Positions 9,809 to 19,042 of a stretch of 64,000 bases of DNA are shown here, one piece after another. A program made the position numbers and the translations under genes. Below the pieces are notes generated by a model. It saw only the letters and a program-made list of their open reading frames with translations. It did no database searches and was not told where the DNA came from. Source of the DNA: Candidatus Micrarchaeota archaeon (GTDB lineage Archaea; Iainarchaeota; Iainarchaeia; JAADDC01); NCBI GenBank assembly GCA_027046625.1, contig JALTXX010000003.1:10378-74377 (forward strand), in the 5' to 3' direction. Within the stretch, counting starts at the first letter, position 1, and each line of letters opens with the position of its first letter.

Positions 9809-11379
9809 CGCTTCTTCCCCTCCTCAAAGTATCTCTGAAGCTCCTTTTTCAGACTTTTCATACCCTTTATATTTCTCTTTACTAGCTCTCTAATGAAGTC
9901 TGCCCTTCTCTGTATTTCGTCCTCCAGATCAGAAATCTCGAGGGCGGTATAGTCCTTTAGAGTATTAAGATACGCTACATGAGAGTCTACCTGTATCATA
10001 GTGTCCTCTTTGGGCTCCCACACAAAAATTGTCTTTATTTTAGCCTTTTCATCCTCCTTTATTACCTCTGCAATCTCTGTAACCCTTCTTATGCTTCCCT
10101 TTCTTCTATCGTGGATCCTGTGTTGCACTATAATGAAGTCCAGCGCTCCCACCATGATCTCTGGCACGTTCATGGGAGGGGATGTGATACGTATGATGGT
10201 TTCCTTTGCAGAGTTTGCGTGTATGGTGCCCATGCTCCCATCATGACCTGTGTTCATGGCGGTAAACATGGTGGCAGCCTCTTTGTGTCTGACCTCACCT
10301 ACTATAATTCTATCCGGCCTCATTCTAAGAGCATTTTTCACCAGTACGTCCATATCAACCTCTCCAGTACCCTCTATGCTTGGTGGCCTGGTTTCTAATC
10401 TTACCCAGTGTTCTAGAGGGAGGTTAAGCTCTGCGGTATCCTCTATGCTTATAACCCTCTCGTAGGCAGGTATGAAAGCAGCCATTACGTTGAGGGTGGT
10501 GGTTTTACCGGAGCCTGTGCTACCCGCTATGAGTATATTTGCTGGTTTTGCACCCATTCCATCCACTGCCAGCCACATAAAGGCAGCAATATCAGGGTTG
10601 AACGTGCCAAACCTAATGAGATCTATGATGGTGTAAGGATCTTTTCTGAACTTTCTTATGGTAATGGTGGAACCATCTACAGAAATGGGGGGTATGGTAG
10701 CGTTAACTCTGCTTCCGTCCGGCAGTCTTGCATCAAGAAGCGGATTTTGTATATCGATTCTTCTCCCCACATCCCTTGCGATCTTGTCTATAATGTCTCT
10801 TATCTCCTTATCATCTACAAAGACGATGTTGGTAAGCATCATACCATATTTCCTGTGAAACACGTATACAGGCCTGTTAGGACCTATTACCATGATCTCT
10901 TCCAACTCGTCGTCATAGATAAGGTAATCTATGAGACCATATCCGATCATTTCTCTTACTACAATGTCTGCGTAGTATTCCTTTCTTCCTGGCGGTACAC
11001 CAAGCTCAGGGAAATTCTCTATAATCTCAATAACCTTTCTTCTGTAGAAGTTCCTTCTTGCCTCGTAATCTGTGAAGGTAGTTCCTCTAAGGGATACGAG
11101 GCGGGTTGTAGCATCCTTTAGAATGTTTATAATCTTTCTTTCGCTCTCTGTGGGCTTAGGAATAGGAACCTTGTAGATTAGAAGGGGCTCTCCTTCCCTT
11201 TTTACAATCTTTACATCACCATACTCTGCAATTACCACCTCGGGTGCTTTAGCCTCCTCTTTTTCGGGGGCAATCTCTTCATGCTCTAAGGACTGTTTTT
11301 CCTGCTTCTTCTGGGTTGACTTGGCAGCCTCTATGAGCTCCTCTAAGTATCCCATCCCTTTTAGTAGGCTATTCTGCAA
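9793..11379 (-). CDS. Type IV pilus assembly ATPase (CpaF/VirB11 family); start possibly 11355
   Basis: Walker A GSTGSGKTT, IEDTAEL, LRMRPDRIIVGEVR, GHDGSMGTIHA. Confidence 0.95.
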   Translation of the reverse strand: MQNSLLKGMGYLEELIEAAKSTQKKQEKQSLEHEEIAPEKEEAKAPEVVIAEYGDVKIVKREGEPLLIYKVPIPKPTESERKIINILKDATTRLVSLRGTTFTDYEARRNFYRRKVIEIIENFPELGVPPGRKEYYADIVVREMIGYGLIDYLIYDDELEEIMVIGPNRPVYVFHRKYGMMLTNIVFVDDKEIRDIIDKIARDVGRRIDIQNPLLDARLPDGSRVNATIPPISVDGSTITIRKFRKDPYTIIDLIRFGTFNPDIAAFMWLAVDGMGAKPANILIAGSTGSGKTTTLNVMAAFIPAYERVISIEDTAELNLPLEHWVRLETRPPSIEGTGEVDMDVLVKNALRMRPDRIIVGEVRHKEAATMFTAMNTGHDGSMGTIHANSAKETIIRITSPPMNVPEIMVGALDFIIVQHRIHDRRKGSIRRVTEIAEVIKEDEKAKIKTIFVWEPKEDTMIQVDSHVAYLNTLKDYTALEISDLEDEIQRRADFIRELVKRNIKGMKSLKKELQRYFEEGKKRWQKS

Positions 11380-11393
11380 TAAAAGGTTGACGC

Positions 11394-12566
11394 ATGGTAA
11401 GTGTGATCAGTCCTCGGTTATGTATAAGATGTAAGGGGAGGTTGTGGTGCGGACTGAGCAAATGCCCTATTCTAGAGGCAAAACGGCTGATAAAAGGGGT
11501 AAACAAAAGGGAATTGTCCGGCTATTCTCCGCCCTCCCTCCTAATAGGGTGGAGGGGATACCCAGAGGTAAACGTTACACCTATATTATCTGAGGAGCGA
11601 TCAGATATAGCAGAGAACCCTTCTTATTGGGCTGGAAAGCTCTCTATTGAGGAGATACTAGATTTGAGAATGAATATGGGTGGTGGCTCCCAGAGAAGAC
11701 ATGTTAAAAATATTCCAGAGGATACTATCTTGGATATAGCTCTTAGCAAGAAACCTATAGCTCTGGATGTAACCTTTAAACAACCACCAAAGAGTAGTGT
11801 AACATTTTCCAACCTATTTCCTCCCATTGGGTTTAGGGGAGAATTGGAACGTTTAGAAATAGCGGAGAATCCCAAAATAGACAAGAGGGCAGAAAGCCTT
11901 TACTATGACGAAGTAAAGGCTAAAGATGCAGTTATATACCTGTATGAAAAAGGAAGGGATGTGTATGAGCTCTCCCGTTATCTATCATCAGGGATTTTTG
12001 GTAAGGAGAAACGACTAGTGCCTACAAGGTGGTCCATAACAGCGGTTGACGACATAATCTCGAATTATCTCCTTGAAAAAGTATCTACATTCCCTCCTAT
12101 AGGCAGGATAGAGTTGTATACCTCTTCTCTCTATGATAACCACTTCTTTATCTTGTTTATTCCCGGTCCCTGGGCCTTTGAGCTTGTGGAGGCCTGGGCC
12201 CCAAAATCCTTCTGGAGTAGGGGAAAGGAGATTATAGTATCAGACTACGAGTTCGGAAGAAAAAGAAAGAACTACGCCTCTAATGTGGGTGGATCTTACT
12301 ACGCCTCTAAGCTTGCAGTACTGGAAAAACTCTACGAGAAGAGGAGGGTGGCATCTGTTCTTATCTTAAGAGAAGTCAGGGAAGGGTATTATGCGCCTTT
12401 AGGGGTGTGGCAGGTAAGGGAGAATGTGAGACATGCACTAAGAAGAAACCCCCTCTACTTTGACAGCCTGAGAGATGCTTACAACTATATACTTTCTCGT
12501 AGTAGGGTAAAGAAGTGGAAGGAATACAGCATTCTTCTCAAAGGTGTTCAACAAAGAATAATTTAA
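11394..12566 (+). CDS. nreA: Nre-family DNA repair protein
   Basis: N-terminal CIRCKGRLWCGLSKCPIL, SPPS..GYP, RLVPTRWSITAVD, PLGVWQVRE. Confidence 0.9.
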   Translation: MVSVISPRLCIRCKGRLWCGLSKCPILEAKRLIKGVNKRELSGYSPPSLLIGWRGYPEVNVTPILSEERSDIAENPSYWAGKLSIEEILDLRMNMGGGSQRRHVKNIPEDTILDIALSKKPIALDVTFKQPPKSSVTFSNLFPPIGFRGELERLEIAENPKIDKRAESLYYDEVKAKDAVIYLYEKGRDVYELSRYLSSGIFGKEKRLVPTRWSITAVDDIISNYLLEKVSTFPPIGRIELYTSSLYDNHFFILFIPGPWAFELVEAWAPKSFWSRGKEIIVSDYEFGRKRKNYASNVGGSYYASKLAVLEKLYEKRRVASVLILREVREGYYAPLGVWQVRENVRHALRRNPLYFDSLRDAYNYILSRSRVKKWKEYSILLKGVQQRII

Positions 12567-12800
12567 GGGCAGCGGGCCGTAGGCCGCCTTCTGTATTGAG
12601 ACGGGATTAGACTTAGCGGGCATTCGCCCTTGCACCCAACCCGGACCGTTTCAACCACACCACACATCATGGGTAGGGGTACCTCATCCCTCCGTGTGGT
12701 GGGTGTCGTTTCTGTTCCCGGGAGTCCCTCACGGGACTTGTTTTTAGCGGGTGGGCGGACCTTCCTCAGGAGACCCCCGAGACCCGTCTGCCCGCTGCCC
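12567..12800 (-). ncRNA. rnpB: RNase P RNA, compact (234 nt), type-M-like
   Basis: P1 GGGCAGCGGGC/GCCCGCUGCCC, P2 AGACGGG/CCCGUCU, CR-I GAGGAAGGUCCGCC, ACAGAAAC, UUGAAAC, GGUGCAAG, CR-V ACAGAAGGCGGCCUA. GC-rich island. Confidence 0.93.
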
Positions 12801-12801
12801 A

Positions 12802-12852
12802 TATCGGTGTAGGTGACACTCATCACCACTCAGAGGAAATATCTCCTCATCT
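12802..12852 (-). ncRNA. Box C/D guide sRNA (predicted target: 16S G at window position 27286)
   Basis: C AUGAGGA - 10 nt - D' CUGA - GUG - C' GUGAUGA - guide GUGUCACCUACA - D CCGA. The guide pairs 11 nt (one G-U) with 16S GUAGGUGACAU. Confidence 0.8.
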
Positions 12853-13284
12853 CCATATACATAGGGTGAGATTTGTTTTATTACAGTTTCTCGGATCGTT
12901 GTTGGTAATACACAGGGAGAAATCCTTCTTGAATAGTATGTCTGCATCGATGGGACAAGAAGTGGAACATCCTATGTTATTTGCTATAATACTGCCTTCT
13001 ATAGCGCAGTTAAGCGTTTCTGGCATGAAATCTTTCTTATTTGCACTAAAGAAGGATTTTATGCATCCTGGAATCCTAAAATCCCCAATTTTACACGCCC
13101 ACACTCCGTCGTCTACAGCGAGCTTAAAGATGGTGTGATAAGCAGCCAGCTCAATCCTTCTATACAGAAGATCCTCCGAAACAGCAGATGTAACACCGTA
13201 CGCTGCTGTAAGGGCAAAGTGGGAGGCTGCTATAAACAACAACAGTGCCACAAGTACATCCATGGTAAATATCTGACCTTTCAA
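12847..13284 (-). CDS. Pilin-like protein with class III signal peptide (MKG/QIFTMD)
   Basis: Start reassigned to TTG 13284 (TTGA overlap). Hydrophobic stretch followed by a Cys-rich domain. Confidence 0.7.
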   Translation of the reverse strand: MKGQIFTMDVLVALLLFIAASHFALTAAYGVTSAVSEDLLYRRIELAAYHTIFKLAVDDGVWACKIGDFRIPGCIKSFFSANKKDFMPETLNCAIEGSIIANNIGCSTSCPIDADILFKKDFSLCITNNDPRNCNKTNLTLCIWR

Positions 13285-13547
13285 CAGCTCACCTCCCTGG
13301 ATACAATCCAAATAAAGATACCTTCTCCGCTTGTATACCTAATACCTCCCTCCTGTATATTGTCTATGACGACTCCTCCCACATCTGAGGCAATGTCCAT
13401 GAAGTAGCTGTTTGCATCTGTTAGGTAGGAACATATGGCCACCCTCGTAGCATCCCTCACCTCTTCCCAGTCTGGTGCCACTGCTCCAATAAAGGTTGTG
13501 AGCAGGAAGAGGGCTAACACCATATCTACGGAGAACACACCCCTCAT
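13281..13547 (-). CDS. Pilin-like protein (MRG/VFSVD)
   Basis: K/R-G cleavage motif, acidic residue at +5, hydrophobic helix. Confidence 0.65.
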   Translation of the reverse strand: MRGVFSVDMVLALFLLTTFIGAVAPDWEEVRDATRVAICSYLTDANSYFMDIASDVGGVVIDNIQEGGIRYTSGEGIFIWIVSREVSC

Positions 13548-13825
13548 TATCCCGCCCTCACATTGATACCTCTTGCTCTTAGCCTATCAATGAGCTCATT
13601 CGGACCTCTCAATACTAATCCTCTATCATAATAGAACCTTTCTACCTCATAAATCTTCATGCTTTCCTGTTCGAGGGCTACCTCCTCCCTTATCAGTACA
13701 GGAGTAGCCTTTATGAGAGCCCCTCCACCCTCTAGCGTGTCTAGCATGATGTTTATGGATATAAGAGCTCCTAGCACTACTGCAAGCACAAGTATAAGGA
13801 ACTCTCCCCATACCTGGCCTTTCAT
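13547..13825 (-). CDS. Pilin-like protein (MKG/QVWGE)
   Basis: Class III signal with Q+1, E+5 and hydrophobic helix. Confidence 0.75.
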   Translation of the reverse strand: MKGQVWGEFLILVLAVVLGALISINIMLDTLEGGGALIKATPVLIREEVALEQESMKIYEVERFYYDRGLVLRGPNELIDRLRARGINVRAG

Positions 13826-14205
13826 GGTATCCCACTCACCTCTCCGCCACTTATTTTTATCCTTGTAAAGGTGTTTATGGTGGGTCCGGAGGTAAATACC
13901 CTGTCAAGCGTTACAATACACTCGCCCCCGCTACACAGATCCGTTGTAACCCTTGCCTCTAACCTCCTTAGGTCTATTGTGGTGTTTGGCGGTACCCACA
14001 CACCCATCTTTACCATACCATCTGATACATCCGTAAATTCCCCAGCTGCCTTTACCCTGAGTAGACTCACCCTTGCAGAGAGAACATTCCTTATATCGTC
14101 CTGCATGTTAATAACATCGTTTATATGGATGGTTGTGAGAGCTATGTACCCTCCCAGCAACACCATTACTAGGATACCATACTCTATGGCTATAATACCT
14201 TTCAC
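13822..14205 (-). CDS. Pilin-like protein (MKG/IIAIE)
   Basis: Class III signal with E+5 and hydrophobic helix. Confidence 0.7.
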   Translation of the reverse strand: MKGIIAIEYGILVMVLLGGYIALTTIHINDVINMQDDIRNVLSARVSLLRVKAAGEFTDVSDGMVKMGVWVPPNTTIDLRRLEARVTTDLCSGGECIVTLDRVFTSGPTINTFTRIKISGGEVSGIP

Positions 14206-14363
14206 TTTAGTCCCTCCAGTATGACGTCCTTCACGTCAAGCGCTTTTAGTATCTCTGTTTTCATGGCGTTGGCAAGTGTAAATAGTCCCCCGGCAGCTAT
14301 AAGAGCCAGAAGGACTCCAATACCCACCATGATAAGATACTCTATATGAACCTGAGATCTCAT
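14202..14363 (-). CDS. Small pilin-like protein, 53 aa (not in ORF track)
   Basis: Manual translation: MRSQVHIEYLIMVGIGVLLALIAAGGLFTLANAMKTEILKALDVKDVILEGLK. 4-nt overlaps at both ends. Confidence 0.8.
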   Translation of the reverse strand: MRSQVHIEYLIMVGIGVLLALIAAGGLFTLANAMKTEILKALDVKDVILEGLK

Positions 14364-14512
14364 GGCAACCCCCTAAACACAGACACTTTCACTTTATTTT
14401 CTACTGTTGCCACAATGGCCGCCATCCCCGTTATGGCACCGGCTATGATGAGCACTATCACTAACATGCCCATGGAGGACAGCATGTACTCTGTTGCGGT
14501 CTGGCTCTTCAT
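14360..14512 (-). CDS. Small pilin-like protein, 50 aa (not in ORF track)
   Basis: Manual translation: MKSQTATEYMLSSMGMLVIVLIIAGAITGMAAIVATVENKVKVSVFRGLP. ATGA overlap with the next gene. Confidence 0.75.
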   Translation of the reverse strand: MKSQTATEYMLSSMGMLVIVLIIAGAITGMAAIVATVENKVKVSVFRGLP

Positions 14513-14560
14513 CCGAACAAATAATGGCATCTAAGGTTATATAGATTAGCATGGAAGAGT

Positions 14561-15568
14561 GTGTTAGTGCTGGATGTAGAAGCCCTTATATATGTGGGTG
14601 CAATCCTCCTTTATATTCTTCTTAGGCCAGTGTATACAGGTATTGCGAAGAGGATAGTTTCCCTCACAAAGGGAGATATAGATGATAAGCTATATGATGC
14701 TTTGGAGAGGCCTATATGGTTTGCAATTTTGATATATCTAGTATTTCTTGCTCAGGAAGCTATCTTTCCCCATACCTTACTTTCCAATATCCTTCTAACG
14801 GCTGTGGTAGCTCTTATAGCTATAGCCCTCATTAGGACGGGAAATATCCTGATAAAGGACGTAATAGGGCCCACCCGTTTTGTACTCACAGATCCTAAGA
14901 TAAAGCAAACGATTCTTACCGTAATAGATAATGTAGTAAAGGCTGCCATTATATTCTTTGCTCTAATGTATACTCTTTCTATCTGGGGCGTTGACGTAAC
15001 ACCTATTCTTGCCTCTGCGGGTATAGTGGGTATTGTAGTAGGTCTTGCACTAAAGGATCCCCTGGAAAACCTTATTTCGGGCATACTTATGTTGACGGAT
15101 CCCCCCTTCAGGGTAGGAGATGTGGTAAGGATAGGGGACACCATGGGGGAGGTAAAGGAGATAGGCCTGAGAAATACCAAGATACTTACCTTTGATGGAG
15201 ATGTAGTAACCATCCCTAACAGTTCTATTATACGGATGGATGTGGAAAACTACCACATGCCTTCAGAGAAGGTAAGGGTGAGGGAAAGGATAGGAGTGTC
15301 CTACGATACGGATCCGGAGCATGCAAAGAAGGTACTTATGGATATATTAACCTCTCATCCGAAGATATTGGATGATCCAGCCCCACAGGTACTCTTCCTT
15401 GAGTTTGGGGACTCCGCCCTTATTATGGAGATTAGATTCTGGGTACATATGCCGGATAAAATGAGTACCATAGACGAGGTGAACACCACAATATGGAAGA
15501 GATTTAAGGAGGAAGGGATAGAGATACCCTTCCCCATAAGAACGGTTTATCTAAGGGATGAAAGATGA
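14561..15568 (+). CDS. mscS: Small-conductance mechanosensitive channel
   Basis: GLALKDPLENLISG, PFRVGD, IGLRNT, IPNS, GIEIPFP. Confidence 0.93.
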   Translation: MLVLDVEALIYVGAILLYILLRPVYTGIAKRIVSLTKGDIDDKLYDALERPIWFAILIYLVFLAQEAIFPHTLLSNILLTAVVALIAIALIRTGNILIKDVIGPTRFVLTDPKIKQTILTVIDNVVKAAIIFFALMYTLSIWGVDVTPILASAGIVGIVVGLALKDPLENLISGILMLTDPPFRVGDVVRIGDTMGEVKEIGLRNTKILTFDGDVVTIPNSSIIRMDVENYHMPSEKVRVRERIGVSYDTDPEHAKKVLMDILTSHPKILDDPAPQVLFLEFGDSALIMEIRFWVHMPDKMSTIDEVNTTIWKRFKEEGIEIPFPIRTVYLRDER

Positions 15569-17001
15569 TAGAGGGGCTTACAAAGAAGCGCTTTGTTGAT
15601 GGAAAGATAAGAATAGCCCTTGTGTATCCGGGTACTCTAAAAGAAGCCCTTTCCTCATTAGGATTTATGATCATTTATGACATCCTGAACAGGGATGAGG
15701 AGACGGTGGCCCATATTTTTACGGTTGAGTCGCCCCTTTCAGTAGAAGAAAACCTACCATTGAAGGCCTATGACTATATCTTATCATCTATTCACTTCGA
15801 GCCTAGAGTAACAACCCTCATGCAGTACCTTGAAAGGATGGGAATACCCCTAGAGAGAGAAAAGAGGGAAAAACCTGTATATGTGGGTGGACCGGGAGTA
15901 TGGAACCCACTGCCACTGTACAGATTTGCTGATGGGGTGTTTCTTGGAGACGGAGAAGAATCTCTCCCCTCCTTTCTTGATGTGATACACGAAAGGAAAG
16001 ATATTCATTTGCCAGGTTTTTACAACCTCTGGAGTGAGAAGCCAACATCCTTCTCCTACCATGATATGAGCTTTATGTACAGACATCTAATGTCGGATGA
16101 GACCACATATGGAAGACGACCCATCTTTATGGAGGTAAACAGGGGCTGCCACTATGCATGTAGATTTTGTCTTATTGGGTGGGCGATGAGGCCACCAAGA
16201 GAGAGACCTCTGGAGGATGTATATACCATACTTCATCATCATGTTGATAGAGGGGGGAGAAAAGTGGTATTTGTAGGCTCCGATGTACTCTCTTATCCTC
16301 ACATAGAGGAAGTGATAAGGGATATTATAGGTATGGGATTGGAGGTTTCAGTACCCTCCTCAAGGGTGGAAAGGTTGGATGACCCCTTTTTCCTGAGAGT
16401 TCTTGCAAAAGCGGGTGTGAGAACCCTTACAATTGCTCCAGAAGCTGTAGACGAAGGAAGGAAGGCCTTTATAGCAAAGCCCATATCCAATGAAAAGGTA
16501 TTAGAAATAGTGGAAAAGGCAAAGTGGGCGGGTATAAAACGTATAAAACTTTACTTTATGATAGGCTACCCCAATACAACCGAGGAGGAGGTACAGAAGA
16601 TCATTGACCTTTATAGAAGGGTGAAAAATATATTGCCAGCCGAAGGGACAGTTTCTGTCTTCATTCCAAAACCCTACACACCCTTCCAGTTTCTTCCCAT
16701 GGAGCGCATAGATAACACAGAGAAATATGTAAAACTTCTCAGAAAGGAGACAGATCTAAACGTGATGCATCCAAAGAGGGCTGTACTGCAAGCTCTACTA
16801 TCTATAGGAGATAAGAGGATAGGAGATTTGCTAATGAAGGTCTACCACAACTTTAACTACCATTTGTGGATAAGAAAGGCCAGAGATATGGGGATAGATA
16901 TAGACAGCTATCTATACCAGAGGGATACACCTTGGTTGAAGATTATTTCCACCTCTATGCCTGCCTCCTTGCAGAGGAAAGGATTTGAGGTGGCCCTATG
17001 A
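15565..17001 (+). CDS. Radical SAM protein with B12-binding-like N-domain
   Basis: EVNRGCHYACRFC (CxxxCxxC), TIAPEA, KLYFMIGYP, FIPKPYTPFQ. Confidence 0.88.
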   Translation: MIEGLTKKRFVDGKIRIALVYPGTLKEALSSLGFMIIYDILNRDEETVAHIFTVESPLSVEENLPLKAYDYILSSIHFEPRVTTLMQYLERMGIPLEREKREKPVYVGGPGVWNPLPLYRFADGVFLGDGEESLPSFLDVIHERKDIHLPGFYNLWSEKPTSFSYHDMSFMYRHLMSDETTYGRRPIFMEVNRGCHYACRFCLIGWAMRPPRERPLEDVYTILHHHVDRGGRKVVFVGSDVLSYPHIEEVIRDIIGMGLEVSVPSSRVERLDDPFFLRVLAKAGVRTLTIAPEAVDEGRKAFIAKPISNEKVLEIVEKAKWAGIKRIKLYFMIGYPNTTEEEVQKIIDLYRRVKNILPAEGTVSVFIPKPYTPFQFLPMERIDNTEKYVKLLRKETDLNVMHPKRAVLQALLSIGDKRIGDLLMKVYHNFNYHLWIRKARDMGIDIDSYLYQRDTPWLKIISTSMPASLQRKGFEVAL

Positions 17002-17711
17002 GATATGTAGTGCTGTTCAAAGGAAATGAGGAGATATTTGGAGAATTCTTTGAAGAGGAGCAGATTAGAGGCTTGGGAAGAGTATATGTGTACAGAGACG
17101 GTGTAGAGGTGGTATTTTTACCTAGTATAGAAGATATTAGATTCAGGGGAAAGGAATACGAGGAAAAAATCCTTGAATCCTTTGGAAAGGTAAGGGGGTT
17201 TATTGGCCTTGTGTATGGAGAAAGGGTTGAGATATACCCCCCTGGCAATCCTACCAACAAAAATCCTCTCCTTCATCCATCCTATACCCCTAGAACGCTG
17301 GCTCCTGCTGATGCAGATCTCTTAGGCAGTTTATTTCTTTCTATGAGAGCTGTTGGTATGGAAGTTGATATAGTGGCAGTTCACGACCCTCCCGTAACGG
17401 TAACTCAACCTTTTCACATAATATCGCTCCCACCTTCTATGATAAAAAGTGTAATACCGCCTCTTCTGGCTGGCCTAAGAAAGAAAAAGATGTTTATACC
17501 CTATATGACGGTTTCTAAGGAATATAGGGCATCATATTTCTACTCTCTTCTAAAGAAACGATTTCTCCCTCTGTATCACATACCATACTATTGGAGACAT
17601 TTTCTAGATGATTATTTGTTGGAGGAGGCTAGGAAAAAGGGAAGGGTTAGGGGTATACTATTAGAGAAGGGATTAGAGCTGCCAGGGGAACTTCCTCACA
17701 AGGAAGTGTGA
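16998..17711 (+). CDS. Hypothetical protein; possible degenerate D-aminoacyl-tRNA deacylase (DtdA/DTD2) homolog
   Basis: PPGN...PRTLAPAD...VAVHDPP...P follows the order of the DtdA motifs HxPGN...PRxLaxAd...EATHHGP, but the His/Glu ligands are altered. Confidence 0.4.
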   Translation: MRYVVLFKGNEEIFGEFFEEEQIRGLGRVYVYRDGVEVVFLPSIEDIRFRGKEYEEKILESFGKVRGFIGLVYGERVEIYPPGNPTNKNPLLHPSYTPRTLAPADADLLGSLFLSMRAVGMEVDIVAVHDPPVTVTQPFHIISLPPSMIKSVIPPLLAGLRKKKMFIPYMTVSKEYRASYFYSLLKKRFLPLYHIPYYWRHFLDDYLLEEARKKGRVRGILLEKGLELPGELPHKEV

Positions 17712-19010
17712 CAGAAATTCTCTAAAATCATCATTTTTAGTAAGTTTTAATACTTCCATCCCCTCAATAACCTCAAAACCTCTTTTTAATCCTTCCAGTA
17801 CCTCACCACCCACACTCTCATTCTCCACAATCTCCATAACAGAATCCATGACCTCCACAAGGAGAGACTTTTCTTCCTTCATGTAGAAGGAAACAAGTCT
17901 ATCCTCCTCTACAAAAGGACCAAATTCATCCTCCTTATGTATTTCTACGAATCTGTCAGCATGTTCTTTGTTATAGACTGGGGGGCCAATCCTTTTGTGT
18001 ATAAACGCTGTGTATCTACCAACTATTTCCCCTACGAATACTCCAATACCTTTTTCGTCCGTCCACACATCCCACTGTAGCATGATATTATTCTTTGCCC
18101 TCAAACTTCTATCCAATAATCTTCCAAACCTCTTTAGCTGGGCCCAAATGTTATCGGGGGGACCGTTGACCTTCATTACAACGGCTACTAGTCTGCTATT
18201 TCTTTTTAGTAGGATATTCCTTATCTCTCGTGGAGACAGGAGCAATCTATTTGGAAAGAAAAACGACAGCGACGGTTCTTTGAGAAACGACCTAGAAGCT
18301 GTTATAAATATGGCTAGAGACTTCTTTGACACAGTGTGAGCTACATTTCTATAAGGATCCACGGGATCTACTACAATGAGGGGCCTCCTTTCCCTCACTC
18401 TTCCATTTCCCTCAATGTCTATGTACTCACCGTACTTCCAATGCGATGCCGCCCTTAAAACATCAAGAAAACTTCCATACTTTACTATAAGCAGCTCACA
18501 AAGATATCCTGAGAACCCCTCCACTTTTACCTCCGCTCCATACACTCCTATACCCTTCATAAAGGCCTTTAGCAGCCTGACCTCATCCTTCTGATGGTTC
18601 TTAAGATGAGATTTTACATACTTGTTATGGAGGGGGGTTCTGTCCGTTGCTGAGATAGGTCTTTCACCCTCCTCTATTTTATAAGCAGGTACAATCTCCA
18701 CGTCTCCTATCCTAATGTAAGGATGTTGGGCATAGTTGACCTCTCCCCCCAGGAGGGAGGCTAACTTCTTGACCTCGGCCTCTATTTTTTCAAAGGGCAC
18801 ATCTTTTGGATAAAGGAGAAAGATATCTATATCGGAGCTCCCTCTGAGATGGGTATCTCTTGCAAAGCTGCCAGCAGGGTACACATCCACAAAGGAAAAC
18901 CCCTCTATTTGTTTTAGCTTTTCTTCGAAGAACCTCTGAATCTCTAATAGTTTCTTATTTTCCTCTTCGGTAGGCTTTATCCTTCTGAGAACCTCCTCAA
19001 GTATCTCCAC
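17673..19010 (-). CDS. cca: CCA-adding enzyme (class I)
   Basis: GSFARDTHLRGSSDIDIF, YAQHPY, SATDRTPLH, GFSGYLCELL, DPVDPYRNVA. Confidence 0.95.
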   Translation of the reverse strand: MEILEEVLRRIKPTEEENKKLLEIQRFFEEKLKQIEGFSFVDVYPAGSFARDTHLRGSSDIDIFLLYPKDVPFEKIEAEVKKLASLLGGEVNYAQHPYIRIGDVEIVPAYKIEEGERPISATDRTPLHNKYVKSHLKNHQKDEVRLLKAFMKGIGVYGAEVKVEGFSGYLCELLIVKYGSFLDVLRAASHWKYGEYIDIEGNGRVRERRPLIVVDPVDPYRNVAHTVSKKSLAIFITASRSFLKEPSLSFFFPNRLLLSPREIRNILLKRNSRLVAVVMKVNGPPDNIWAQLKRFGRLLDRSLRAKNNIMLQWDVWTDEKGIGVFVGEIVGRYTAFIHKRIGPPVYNKEHADRFVEIHKEDEFGPFVEEDRLVSFYMKEEKSLLVEVMDSVMEIVENESVGGEVLEGLKRGFEVIEGMEVLKLTKNDDFREFLSHFLVRKFPWQL

Positions 19011-19042
19011 GCTAATTTAAAGAGGTAACCCCATTTTAATAG

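Noticed and set aside
12563-12947. ORFs 12563-12829, 12630-12812 and 12744-12947
   Set aside because: They overlap the RNase P RNA and C/D sRNA. Shadow ORFs in GC-rich structured RNA.
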